Shown here one piece after another: positions 55,563-63,768 of a DNA stretch of 64,000 nucleotides (the stretch's first letter is position 1; each line of letters opens with the position of its first letter). The stretch covers positions 20 to 64,019 of IMG/VR virus record IMGVR_UViG_3300012347_000302. One strand, 5' to 3'. The position numbers and the translations under genes were made by a program. This DNA is from a virus. The notes below the pieces were generated by a model. That model saw nothing but the letters and a program-made list of their open reading frames with translations. It made no database searches and had not been told where the DNA came from.

Positions 55563-55735
55563 TGTTTAACCTTAAAAGTCCGGGGTCTGACCCCACCGCA
55601 CCCGGGGGCCCACAACGGCAAACTGGGACTCCTCCCGTCCGCTTACGCTGAGTGGCGTATCCTCCACCACCCCTAAAAAACAAAACTATATATAACTAAT
55701 TTCAAATTTAACTCGACGACATCAATGTCGTCGAC

Positions 55736-56398
55736 ATGGCGACCCCACCCCCCTCATACAGGAAAGGCCCCCCGTCAAAAAATAAAACGCACATCGAAAA
55801 TTTTGCAATACAATCCACCCAACACACAGGAGTGCGATTCCCTCCCATGGCATACCAGACAACCATTGACTACGACGTCCCGCTTGCGGACTTCTCTCCC
55901 ACCTTCGAGTCCCTCGAGACCCGGGTGGCTGCTGCCATGTCTGCATTGGTGGACACCGATGGGCTGCCAGACCCCTCCCAAATTGACGAAGACGACAAGG
56001 ATTTGGCCCGTGCCATCTTCTCAGGCCAGCAACTGGCCTCGGATCAGGACCTTTCGTCACCTCCGGTGGTGGTTTACCTGCAGTCGCTCCTCAACGAGTA
56101 CGACAAGACCGTCGTAAAGTCCGCGGCGCAGCTCAGAACATACGTAACCAACAAGCTTTTGGCAGAAACTGCCAATGCCGACCCACGAATCCGGCTCAAA
56201 TCGCTGGAATTGCTGGGCAAAGTGTCCGACGTGGGGCTGTTTACGGACAAAACCGAGATCACGATGCGCCACCGGCCGACGGAAGAGCTCGAACAGCTGC
56301 TGCGCGAGCGCCTGACACGCGTAATTGAGGGCGAAGTCGTGCCACAAACCCGGCCGGCAGCCCCAGAAATCTCCGTTGACGACGTAGACGCCAAGTAA
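55736..56398 (+). CDS. Putative terminase small subunit
   Basis: First gene of the + arm, directly upstream of TerL; helical RLKSLELLGKV..VGLF; alternative start 55847. Confidence 0.6.
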   Translation: MATPPPSYRKGPPSKNKTHIENFAIQSTQHTGVRFPPMAYQTTIDYDVPLADFSPTFESLETRVAAAMSALVDTDGLPDPSQIDEDDKDLARAIFSGQQLASDQDLSSPPVVVYLQSLLNEYDKTVVKSAAQLRTYVTNKLLAETANADPRIRLKSLELLGKVSDVGLFTDKTEITMRHRPTEELEQLLRERLTRVIEGEVVPQTRPAAPEISVDDVDAK

Positions 56399-56420
56399 GC
56401 CCTCAAAACCGCCAGAACAC

Positions 56421-58844
56421 ATGCAGCTCACACCCGCAATTGTCGAAAGACTGGTGAAAAGCATGCCTCATGCCGAGGCGGCGGAGCTGTTGGCCATGTT
56501 CGACGAGCTGGAAGAGCGCAAAACCGTACAGGCGGCGCAAGAGGACTTCTTGGCGTTCATCGCTGCGGTCGATAAGAGCTATAAATTCGGCGCCCACCTG
56601 AAAAGGCTGGGCTCTCTCCTGATGGATGTGGAGGAGAACATCAAAAACCGCATCGCCGTGAGCATGGCGCCGCGTATGGGCAAGTCCCAGATGATCTCCA
56701 TCTACTACCCCGCTTGGTACCTCGGCCGGCACCCGGACCACAAGGTGATCGTGGCGTCCCACACTGCTGACTTGGCGATTGTCATGGCACGCAAGGTGCG
56801 GAACCTGATTAACTCTCCGGAATACGCCCGAATTTTCCCGAACACCAAGATTGCAAGTGACGCCAAGGCGGCTGCCCAGTGGAACACCACTGCGGGCGGT
56901 GAATACTTTGCGATCGGTGTGGGCGGCGCGCTGGCCGGCCGAGGTGCCCACCTCATCATTGCTGACGATCCGTTGTCCGAGCAGGACATCAAGGCGGGTA
57001 ACACCAACTCGCTGGACACAGCCTACGAGTGGTTCAGTGCCGGTCTGCGAACACGTCTGATGCCGGACGGGAAAATCTGCGTGCTCCACTGCTTGACTGG
57101 GGACACCAAAGTCACCATGGCCGATTTAACCGAGAAGCGTATCCAAGACGTCAGGCCGGGCGATCGCGTGTACAGCTACGACGCAGGATCGCTTAAGCAG
57201 GCAGAAGTTCTAGGGTGGTCCAAACAGGGGTTAGATCATATTTACGCAGTGGCCTTGAAGTCTGGTGTTATAATCCGTGGTAACGAGCGGCATCCGCTGC
57301 TTGTCAGCCAAAACGGAGTAGAGCAATGGATCAAAATCAAGGACTTGAAAGTGGGGATGCCCCTCGTCTGTGTAACGAACCCGGATGCGCTGAGCCCCAC
57401 TACTCTCGAGGCAAGTGCAAGTATCACTACCACAAAGCCCGCCGCGAAGCCCCGGAAAGCCTTACGCCCACAGGTTGGGGTAAGTGGCGTGGGAAAACGT
57501 GCAGCACTGATGGATGCGATGCGGCGGTATTTGCCAAAGGGCTTTGCCTTGCGTGTAGCAACAAAGCTGTCTACGCTGAGCGCAAAGCGCGGGGTGGCCA
57601 CTACTGCCCCAAAAAGCGGAGTGACGCGCATCTCAAGCTGCAGTATGGGATCACTGGAGCTGACTACGACCGCATGTTTGCCGAACAGTCCGGGGTCTGC
57701 GCAATATGCGGGGAGCCTGCACACGATGGAAACACCCCAGCAGCATGGAAAGTCCGAAAGCTGGCTGTGGACCACTGCCACACAACTGGGCGAGTTCGTG
57801 CGCTCTTGTGCAACTCATGCAACCTCGTGGTCAAAGAGCGCAACACCCCAGACTTGCTCCGCAAAGCCGCTGGGTACCTTGAGCATCACGCTGGACGAGA
57901 TTGCCTCGATAACCCCTGACGGGGTGGAGGATGTGTACGACATTCAGGTCGAGGGCACTGAGAGCTTCTTGGCCAATGGCGTCGTCAGCCATAACACCCG
58001 GTGGCACCAGCGGGACCTGATCGGCCGGCTGCTCAAAGACTCTGCCATGAACGAGGGCGGAGACAACTACGAGGCGTTTGAGTTCCCGGCCATCCTGAAC
58101 GAGGGCACCGAGAACGAGAAATCCATCTGGCCAGAGCAGTGGACACTAGAAAGCCTGCAGCAGACTCGGGCGTCGATGCACCACATCATGTGGCAGTGGT
58201 ATGCCCAGTACCAGCAGAACCCCACAGCTGCAGAGGCTGCGATCATCAAGCGCGACTGGATCAAGTGGTGGACCAAAGACTCACCACCCCCGATTGACTT
58301 CATTGTGCAGTCCTTCGACACGGCGCTCACGACCAAGCAGCGCTCGGACTTTTCCGTTTGCCACACATGGGGCACGTTCACCAGCGAGGCGGACGGCAGC
58401 CAGAACGTCATCCTGCTCAACAAGGTCAAAGGCAAGTACGAGTTCCCGGAGCTCAAGGCCATGGCTCACGAGCAGTTTGCCGAGTGGCAGCCCGACAGCG
58501 TGATTGTGGAAGCGAAGGCCAGTGGCCAGCCGCTGATCGACGAGATGCGCCGCTCCGGTATTTTTGTGCAGGACTTTAGCCCGGGTAAGGGTCAGGACAA
58601 GATCGCCCGGCTCAACGCCGTTGCTGATATGTTTGCCTCCGGTCACGTCTGGTTCCCAGAGACGGCATGGGCGTCGCAGACTGTCGAGGAGATTTTGGCG
58701 TTCCCGTCCGGCGAGCACGACGACGAGGTGGACACGATGACGCTGGCCCTGCAGCGCGTGCGTAAAGGCGGGCTGTTGCAGCTTCGTACCGACCGAGACG
58801 ATAATGAGGTCTTTCACCGGTCCCGCCGGGCAGCGTATTACTAA
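56421..58844 (+). CDS. terL: Terminase large subunit precursor (807 aa incl. 302-aa intein)
   Basis: MAPRMGKS Walker A; LIIADDP Walker B; TRWH; YQQNP; QSFDTA and HDDEVD RuvC-like nuclease motifs. Confidence 0.95.
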   Translation: MQLTPAIVERLVKSMPHAEAAELLAMFDELEERKTVQAAQEDFLAFIAAVDKSYKFGAHLKRLGSLLMDVEENIKNRIAVSMAPRMGKSQMISIYYPAWYLGRHPDHKVIVASHTADLAIVMARKVRNLINSPEYARIFPNTKIASDAKAAAQWNTTAGGEYFAIGVGGALAGRGAHLIIADDPLSEQDIKAGNTNSLDTAYEWFSAGLRTRLMPDGKICVLHCLTGDTKVTMADLTEKRIQDVRPGDRVYSYDAGSLKQAEVLGWSKQGLDHIYAVALKSGVIIRGNERHPLLVSQNGVEQWIKIKDLKVGMPLVCVTNPDALSPTTLEASASITTTKPAAKPRKALRPQVGVSGVGKRAALMDAMRRYLPKGFALRVATKLSTLSAKRGVATTAPKSGVTRISSCSMGSLELTTTACLPNSPGSAQYAGSLHTMETPQQHGKSESWLWTTATQLGEFVRSCATHATSWSKSATPQTCSAKPLGTLSITLDEIASITPDGVEDVYDIQVEGTESFLANGVVSHNTRWHQRDLIGRLLKDSAMNEGGDNYEAFEFPAILNEGTENEKSIWPEQWTLESLQQTRASMHHIMWQWYAQYQQNPTAAEAAIIKRDWIKWWTKDSPPPIDFIVQSFDTALTTKQRSDFSVCHTWGTFTSEADGSQNVILLNKVKGKYEFPELKAMAHEQFAEWQPDSVIVEAKASGQPLIDEMRRSGIFVQDFSPGKGQDKIARLNAVADMFASGHVWFPETAWASQTVEEILAFPSGEHDDEVDTMTLALQRVRKGGLLQLRTDRDDNEVFHRSRRAAYY
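57090..57995 (+). mobile_element. Intein in TerL (Cys1...His-Asn | Thr+1)
   Basis: CLTGDT.V.MAD (block A); I.GNERHP.L (block B, with His); W...KDLK.G; VYDIQV.GT.SF.ANG..SHN (blocks F/G); removal restores ICVLH-TRWH. Confidence 0.93.
57326..57919 (+). CDS. Endonuclease VII-type (His-Me) homing endonuclease nested out of frame inside the intein
   Basis: GGAG at 57315-57318, ATG 57326; two C..GC...G.C repeats; YGIT..DY..M...Q.G.CAICG; LAVDHCH.TG.VR.LLC..CN; LLRKAA.YL. Confidence 0.88.
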   Translation: MDQNQGLESGDAPRLCNEPGCAEPHYSRGKCKYHYHKARREAPESLTPTGWGKWRGKTCSTDGCDAAVFAKGLCLACSNKAVYAERKARGGHYCPKKRSDAHLKLQYGITGADYDRMFAEQSGVCAICGEPAHDGNTPAAWKVRKLAVDHCHTTGRVRALLCNSCNLVVKERNTPDLLRKAAGYLEHHAGRDCLDNP

Positions 58845-58852
58845 GGATTTTT

Positions 58853-61507
58853 ATGGCCTCGAACAGTATGACATCCTCCCTCACTCCGGCACCTATGGGA
58901 CTGGATATGGCGGCAATTGACCTGACGGACATTCCGCAGGACGACACCCCTGCGATTGAAATTGAGATCGACGACCCAGAAGACGTGCGAATCGGCATTG
59001 ATGGTATGGAAATTGACCTGATGCCCGGGGATGAAGGCGAGCGCGGCGAAGCGTTCGGCGACAACTTGGCTGAGTTCATGGACGAGGGTGAGCTCGGTGC
59101 ACTGGCCAGCGAACTGCTGGAGCTGGTGGATTCCGACATCACATCGCGCCGCGACTGGGTTGAGATGTATGTGCGAGGCCTCGAAGTCCTCGGCATGACC
59201 TACGAAGAGCGGACCGAACCGTGGGAAGGCGCTTGCGGCGTGTACTCCACAGTGCTGACAGAGGCTGCCATTCGCTTCCAGTCCGAGACAATCATCGAGA
59301 CATTCCCCGCTGCCGGCCCGGTCAAGACCGAAATCATCGGTGCGATCGACAAGCTCAAAGAAGAAGCGGCCGAGCGCGTGCGCGAAGACATGAACTACAA
59401 GCTCACAGAGGAGATGCCTGAGTATCGCCCTGAGCACGAGCGCATGCTGTACAACTTGGGCTTGGCTGGCGCCGCGTTCAAGAAGGTCTACAAAGACCCA
59501 GCTCTGGGCCGCCAGACAGCGATTTTCATTCCGGCCGAAGACATCGTCATCCCTTATGGCGCCTCCAGCGCACGTACGGCCGAGCGCGTCACGCACACGA
59601 TGCGCAAGACCAAGAACGACATCCGCAAGCTGCAGGTGGCCGGGTTCTACCGCGACGTGGATTTGGGCGAGCCAGTCACGTTCCACACCGACATTGAGAA
59701 GAAAAAGGCCGAAGGCCAAGGCTACTCCCTCACCGACGACAACCGGTACCAGATTCTGGAAATCTGCGTGGACTGGGACATGCCCGGCTACGAGGACGAG
59801 AACGGCATCGCTCTGCCATACGTGGTGACCATCGACCGCTCCACCCAGAAGGTTCTGGCTGTCTACCGTAACTGGGATGAGGACAACGAGCTGCGACTAC
59901 GCAACCAGCACTTCGTGCAGTACACCTACGTGCCCGGCTTCGGCGTGTACGGTCTGGGTCTGATCCACATCATCGGTGGCTACGCCCGCGCGGGCACCTC
60001 GATCATCCGCCAGTTGGTGGACGCCGGCACGCTGTCGAACCTGCCCGGTGGCTTGAAGTCCCGTGGTCTGCGGATCAAAGGCGACGACACCCCGATCGCC
60101 CCCGGCGAGTTCCGTGACGTGGACGTCCCATCCGGGTCTGTGCGCGACAACATCATGGCGCTGCCGTACAAAGAGCCATCCATGGTGCTGGCCGGTTTGC
60201 TGGACAAGATCACGGAAGAAGCCCGCCGCCTCGGCTCCGTGGCAGATATGAAGGTCTCCGACATGAGCGCGAACGCGCCCGTCGGCACCACGCTGGCCAT
60301 CCTCGAGCGCCAGTTGAAGACCATGTCGGCCGTGCAAGCCCGTGTGCACTACTCGATGAAAGAGGAGTTCAAGCTCCTCAAGCGCATCATCCGTGACAGC
60401 ACCCCGGGCGAATACGCCTACGTGCCAGTGGGCGGTAACCCCAAAGCCAAGCGCGGTGACTACGACTTGGTCAACGTCATCCCCGTGTCGGACCCCAACA
60501 GCTCGACCATGGCTCAGCGGATCATGCAGTACCAAGCTGCGATCCAATTGGCCCAAGGCGCCCCACAGATTTATGACCTGCCACAGCTGCATCGCCAGAT
60601 GTTGGAAGTGCTGGGCATCAAAGGTGCTGACAAGCTGGTCCCGATTGAAGACGACATGAAGCCGCGCGACCCCGTCAGCGAGAACATGGCCATCATCACA
60701 GGCAAGCCAGTCAAAGCGTTCATCTACCAAGATCACGACGCCCACATTGCTGTGCACACCGCCATGATGCAGGACCCCAAGATCATGGGTCAGATTGGCC
60801 AGAACCCACAGGCGCAGGCGATGCAGGCGTCTCTCATGGCGCACGTTGCCGAGCACGTCGCGTTCCAGTACCGCTCGCAGCTCCAAGAACGCCTTGGCGC
60901 CACATTGCCCGAGCCAAACGCCGAGATTCCGAAGGAATTGGAAGTTCAGCTGTCCAAGGTTGTGGCTCAGGCTGCCGCTCAGCTGCTGCAGATTCACCAA
61001 GGCGAAGCCGCTCAGGCACAGGCTCAGCAGCAAGCACAGGACCCAATCGTCCAGATGCAACAAGCCGAGCTGCAGATCAAGAAGCAGGAAGCCGACATCA
61101 AGGCGCTCAAGGTCAAGGGCGAGCTGCAGATCAAGGCAGAAGAACTCAGCCTCAAGGCCCAAGACGCTGCACGCGCGGGCGGCGAAGACCCAGCTCTGGC
61201 TGCACAACGCCTGCAGATGGAGATTTCCCAAGCCCAAGAGCTGCACGGTCTGGAGATGGCGGCCAAACAAGCTGAACTCCAGCAAGCGCAGGCCCAGCAG
61301 CAGCAGGCCATGGCGATGCAGCAGCAACAGCATCAGCAGAAGATGGCCCACGGCGGGCAGGTGCACGGCCAGAAGCTGAGCCACGCACACAACACCCACC
61401 ACCAACAGCTGACTCACGCGGAACAAGCCGCTGCCAGAGCAGCCGAGATGGCGGCTAAACAACCTACTCCGACTGCGAAACCGTCGGGCGACAAAGGAGA
61501 TAAATGA
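58853..61507 (+). CDS. Portal protein (P22-like)
   Basis: AAGGA RBS; FKKVY.D; FIPAED; Y.YVPG.G.YG.G; RQLVDAGTL.NLPGG; long Q-rich helical C-terminus. Confidence 0.9.
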   Translation: MASNSMTSSLTPAPMGLDMAAIDLTDIPQDDTPAIEIEIDDPEDVRIGIDGMEIDLMPGDEGERGEAFGDNLAEFMDEGELGALASELLELVDSDITSRRDWVEMYVRGLEVLGMTYEERTEPWEGACGVYSTVLTEAAIRFQSETIIETFPAAGPVKTEIIGAIDKLKEEAAERVREDMNYKLTEEMPEYRPEHERMLYNLGLAGAAFKKVYKDPALGRQTAIFIPAEDIVIPYGASSARTAERVTHTMRKTKNDIRKLQVAGFYRDVDLGEPVTFHTDIEKKKAEGQGYSLTDDNRYQILEICVDWDMPGYEDENGIALPYVVTIDRSTQKVLAVYRNWDEDNELRLRNQHFVQYTYVPGFGVYGLGLIHIIGGYARAGTSIIRQLVDAGTLSNLPGGLKSRGLRIKGDDTPIAPGEFRDVDVPSGSVRDNIMALPYKEPSMVLAGLLDKITEEARRLGSVADMKVSDMSANAPVGTTLAILERQLKTMSAVQARVHYSMKEEFKLLKRIIRDSTPGEYAYVPVGGNPKAKRGDYDLVNVIPVSDPNSSTMAQRIMQYQAAIQLAQGAPQIYDLPQLHRQMLEVLGIKGADKLVPIEDDMKPRDPVSENMAIITGKPVKAFIYQDHDAHIAVHTAMMQDPKIMGQIGQNPQAQAMQASLMAHVAEHVAFQYRSQLQERLGATLPEPNAEIPKELEVQLSKVVAQAAAQLLQIHQGEAAQAQAQQQAQDPIVQMQQAELQIKKQEADIKALKVKGELQIKAEELSLKAQDAARAGGEDPALAAQRLQMEISQAQELHGLEMAAKQAELQQAQAQQQQAMAMQQQQHQQKMAHGGQVHGQKLSHAHNTHHQQLTHAEQAAARAAEMAAKQPTPTAKPSGDKGDK

Positions 61508-61701
61508 GCAACACAGTGATGGACCTCCTTCAGCGCAAGTTGAAGGAGCAGGAAGACAGTCATATTCAAGCTTTGGCGGGGGGCGCGGTCGCTGACTACG
61601 CTGCCTACCGAGAGTTGTGCGGAGTGATCCGGGGTCTGCAGACCGCACAACGAGAAATTGCCGACCTCGTGCGTAAATTGAAAGAGAACGACGATGACTA
61701 A
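61504..61701 (+). CDS. Small helical protein
   Basis: L..G...DY..YR..CG.I.GL; coupled to portal. Confidence 0.75.
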   Translation: MSNTVMDLLQRKLKEQEDSHIQALAGGAVADYAAYRELCGVIRGLQTAQREIADLVRKLKENDDD

Positions 61702-62092
61702 CTTTGACGTCCAAGCGGTGGACCTGTCTGGCCTGCTCAACAAACCTGTTGAGGACAAAGCCAAGCAGATTCCGGACCCAGTGACATACCACCTTCTGTG
61801 CATGCTCCCAGAAGCGAAGGAAGAGTACGAAGGCGGCTTGCTGAAAGCCAGCCAGACCATGATGCACGAAGAGCTGCTGTCTCCCGTGTTGTTCGTGGCG
61901 AAACTCGGACCTGACGCGTTCAAAGACGAGAAGCGATTCCCAAGCGGCCCGAGCTGCAAGGTCGGCGATTTCATTTTGGTACGCCCCAACAGCGGCACCC
62001 GCATGAAAATCCACGGCACCGAATGGCGCCTCATCAACGATGACTCCGTCGAAGCGGTCGTGCAAGACCCCCGCGGCATCCAACGTCCTTGA
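61694..62092 (+). CDS. groES: GroES-like co-chaperonin
   Basis: P..Y.LL...GGLL; V..LGPDA; CKVGDF.L...NSG.R..I.G.E.R.INDD.V.AVV. Confidence 0.85.
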   Translation: MTNFDVQAVDLSGLLNKPVEDKAKQIPDPVTYHLLCMLPEAKEEYEGGLLKASQTMMHEELLSPVLFVAKLGPDAFKDEKRFPSGPSCKVGDFILVRPNSGTRMKIHGTEWRLINDDSVEAVVQDPRGIQRP

Positions 62093-62102
62093 GGAGTAAA
62101 CC

Positions 62103-62345
62103 ATGACTGAACAACGCGAAATGACCTACGGCGAAAAAGCTGTCGGCCTCACCTTCAACCCCAGCAACAATGATGCTGTGGCCGCCTGCAAAGCTGGCTT
62201 TGCCATCCTCATCAACCAGATGGATGATCTGCGCAAGTCAACAGGCAGCAATCCGGAGATTTCACGCATGGCAAGCATTGCCATTACTGAAGCCCAGACG
62301 GCCCAAATGTGGGCGGTCAAAGCCCTGACTTGGAGCCACACATGA
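62103..62345 (+). CDS. Acb2/Tad1-like helical-hairpin protein (candidate nucleotide sponge)
   Basis: GAGGAG RBS; TFNPS...K.......; RMASIAITEAQTAQMWAVKA. Confidence 0.55.
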   Translation: MTEQREMTYGEKAVGLTFNPSNNDAVAACKAGFAILINQMDDLRKSTGSNPEISRMASIAITEAQTAQMWAVKALTWSHT

Positions 62346-63295
62346 CCATCGAAAAAACTGAATTTGAGTTCCCCGACGAGATCGAGGAAGAGAACCCCCG
62401 CAAGGGCGGCGCTGTCGTGCAGGCTGAGGAAGAAGACGAAATCGAAGTCGTCGACGACACCCCGGTAGCTGACCGCGGCCGCAAGCCGATGGAAGAGCCG
62501 CCCAAGGACGTCACTGACGAAGAGCTGGCCAAGTACGACGAGTCCGTCCAGAAGCGGATCAAGCACTTCACCAAGGGCTACCACGAGGAGCGCCGAGCCA
62601 AAGAGACCGCCCTGCGCGAGCGCGAGGAGGCCCTGAAGCTGGCACAGACGATCGTGGAAGAGAACAAAAAGCTCAAGGGCTCGCTGTCTCAAGGCCAGAA
62701 CGCTCTGCTGGAACAGGCCAAAAAGAACATTGCCCATGAGGTGGAAAACGCCCGGGCCAAGTACAAGGCCGCGTACGAGTCCGGCGATGCAGATGCGCTG
62801 GTCGCCGCGCAAGAAGAGATGACTTCGGTAAAACTGAAGGCAGACCGTGTAAATAATTTCAAACCAGCCCCTTTACAAGAGGAAAAGTTTGAGGTACAAC
62901 CTACACAACAGGTTAATCAAGCCCCCAAGGCGGACCCGAACCTCACTGAATGGCAGGAACGCAATTCATGGTTTGGGCCCAACAAGCGAATGACAGCGTA
63001 CGCGCTGGGAGTTCACGAGGACTTGATTGCTGATGGAATCCCCGCAGGCAGCAAAGAATACTACAAGCGTATTGATGCTGAAATGCAGGAACGCTTTTCG
63101 GACGTGTTTGGGTCTGAGAAGCCGGCGGATGCGCAAACTCCACCGACCAGAAAGACAAACGTTGTCGCACCGGCAACACGTAGTACTGCTCCCCGAAAGG
63201 TCGTACTTACCAAAACGCAGGTCGAAATCGCCAAGCGGCTCGGGGTTCCTTTGGAACTCTATGCTCGTAAGGTTGCGGAAGAAATGAGGAAATGA
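62342..63295 (+). CDS. Capsid scaffolding protein
   Basis: Acidic N-terminus, long coiled coil, W...N.WF, C-terminal V.LT..QV.IAKRLGVP.E.YA. Confidence 0.75.
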   Translation: MTIEKTEFEFPDEIEEENPRKGGAVVQAEEEDEIEVVDDTPVADRGRKPMEEPPKDVTDEELAKYDESVQKRIKHFTKGYHEERRAKETALREREEALKLAQTIVEENKKLKGSLSQGQNALLEQAKKNIAHEVENARAKYKAAYESGDADALVAAQEEMTSVKLKADRVNNFKPAPLQEEKFEVQPTQQVNQAPKADPNLTEWQERNSWFGPNKRMTAYALGVHEDLIADGIPAGSKEYYKRIDAEMQERFSDVFGSEKPADAQTPPTRKTNVVAPATRSTAPRKVVLTKTQVEIAKRLGVPLELYARKVAEEMRK

Positions 63296-63750
63296 AAATG
63301 GCTGAACAAATTCGTGATAAGCGTGAACTGACAACCCGTGCGTCTTCCACTCGCCCTGCGAAGTGGCTGCCGCCCCAACTTCTGCCTGATCCCACACCGG
63401 AGGAAGGCTATGCGTTTCGTTGGGTCCGTATCAGCACTTTGAACAAAGATGACGCCACCAACATTTCGTCAAAACTCCGCGAAGGCTGGGAACCTGTAAA
63501 GGCTTCTGACCACCCCGAGATTCGTCTCTTCGGTACCGACGACAAGCGGTTCCCAGATTCGGTTCAAGTCGGCGGTTTGTTGCTTTGCAAAACCCCGGTG
63601 GAGTTCGTTGAGCAGCGTAATGCGTATTACAGCAATCAAGCTGAGGCGCAGATGCAATCAGTGGACAACACCTACATGCGCGAAAATGACCCACGGATGC
63701 CTATGTTCAAAGAACGTAGCACTAAAGTCACTTTCGGTAAGGGTATTTAA
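63292..63750 (+). CDS. Conserved head-morphogenesis protein
   Basis: GY..RWVR; S.KLREGWEPV; VGGLLLCK.P. Confidence 0.7.
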   Translation: MKMAEQIRDKRELTTRASSTRPAKWLPPQLLPDPTPEEGYAFRWVRISTLNKDDATNISSKLREGWEPVKASDHPEIRLFGTDDKRFPDSVQVGGLLLCKTPVEFVEQRNAYYSNQAEAQMQSVDNTYMRENDPRMPMFKERSTKVTFGKGI

Positions 63751-63768
63751 CTTTTTTGGAGTATTAAC

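Larger units (their letters stand above)
42115..55577. repeat. Dispersed 14-bp palindrome TTTTAA-NN-TTAAAA, 15 copies
   Basis: Perfect arms at 42115, 43839, 48187, 50068, 50590, 51537, 54462, 54696; one mismatch at 46023, 47498, 49286, 52504, 52914, 53523, 55564. Confidence 0.95.

Noticed and set aside
42115-55577. Palindrome array as a CRISPR array or integron attC array
   Set aside because: Repeats are only 14 bp and irregularly spaced by hundreds to thousands of bp; no attC-like long imperfect stem, and no cas or tyrosine recombinase gene recognised.
57242-57864. Minus-strand ORFs within the intein region (57242-57781, 57664-57864)
   Set aside because: No motifs or RBS; only the + strand 57326-57919 frame has a recognisable domain.
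56421-58844. TerL as a pseudogene or mis-assembly because of its odd middle third
   Set aside because: The frame is open throughout, with complete intein splice junctions and intact ATPase and nuclease motifs.
59897-62104. Long antisense ORFs opposite real genes (59897-62104, 28597-30030, 25681-26862, 23151-24140 and others)
   Set aside because: Shadow frames expected from GC-rich codon bias; no RBS, no recognisable motifs, fully overlapping well-supported genes.
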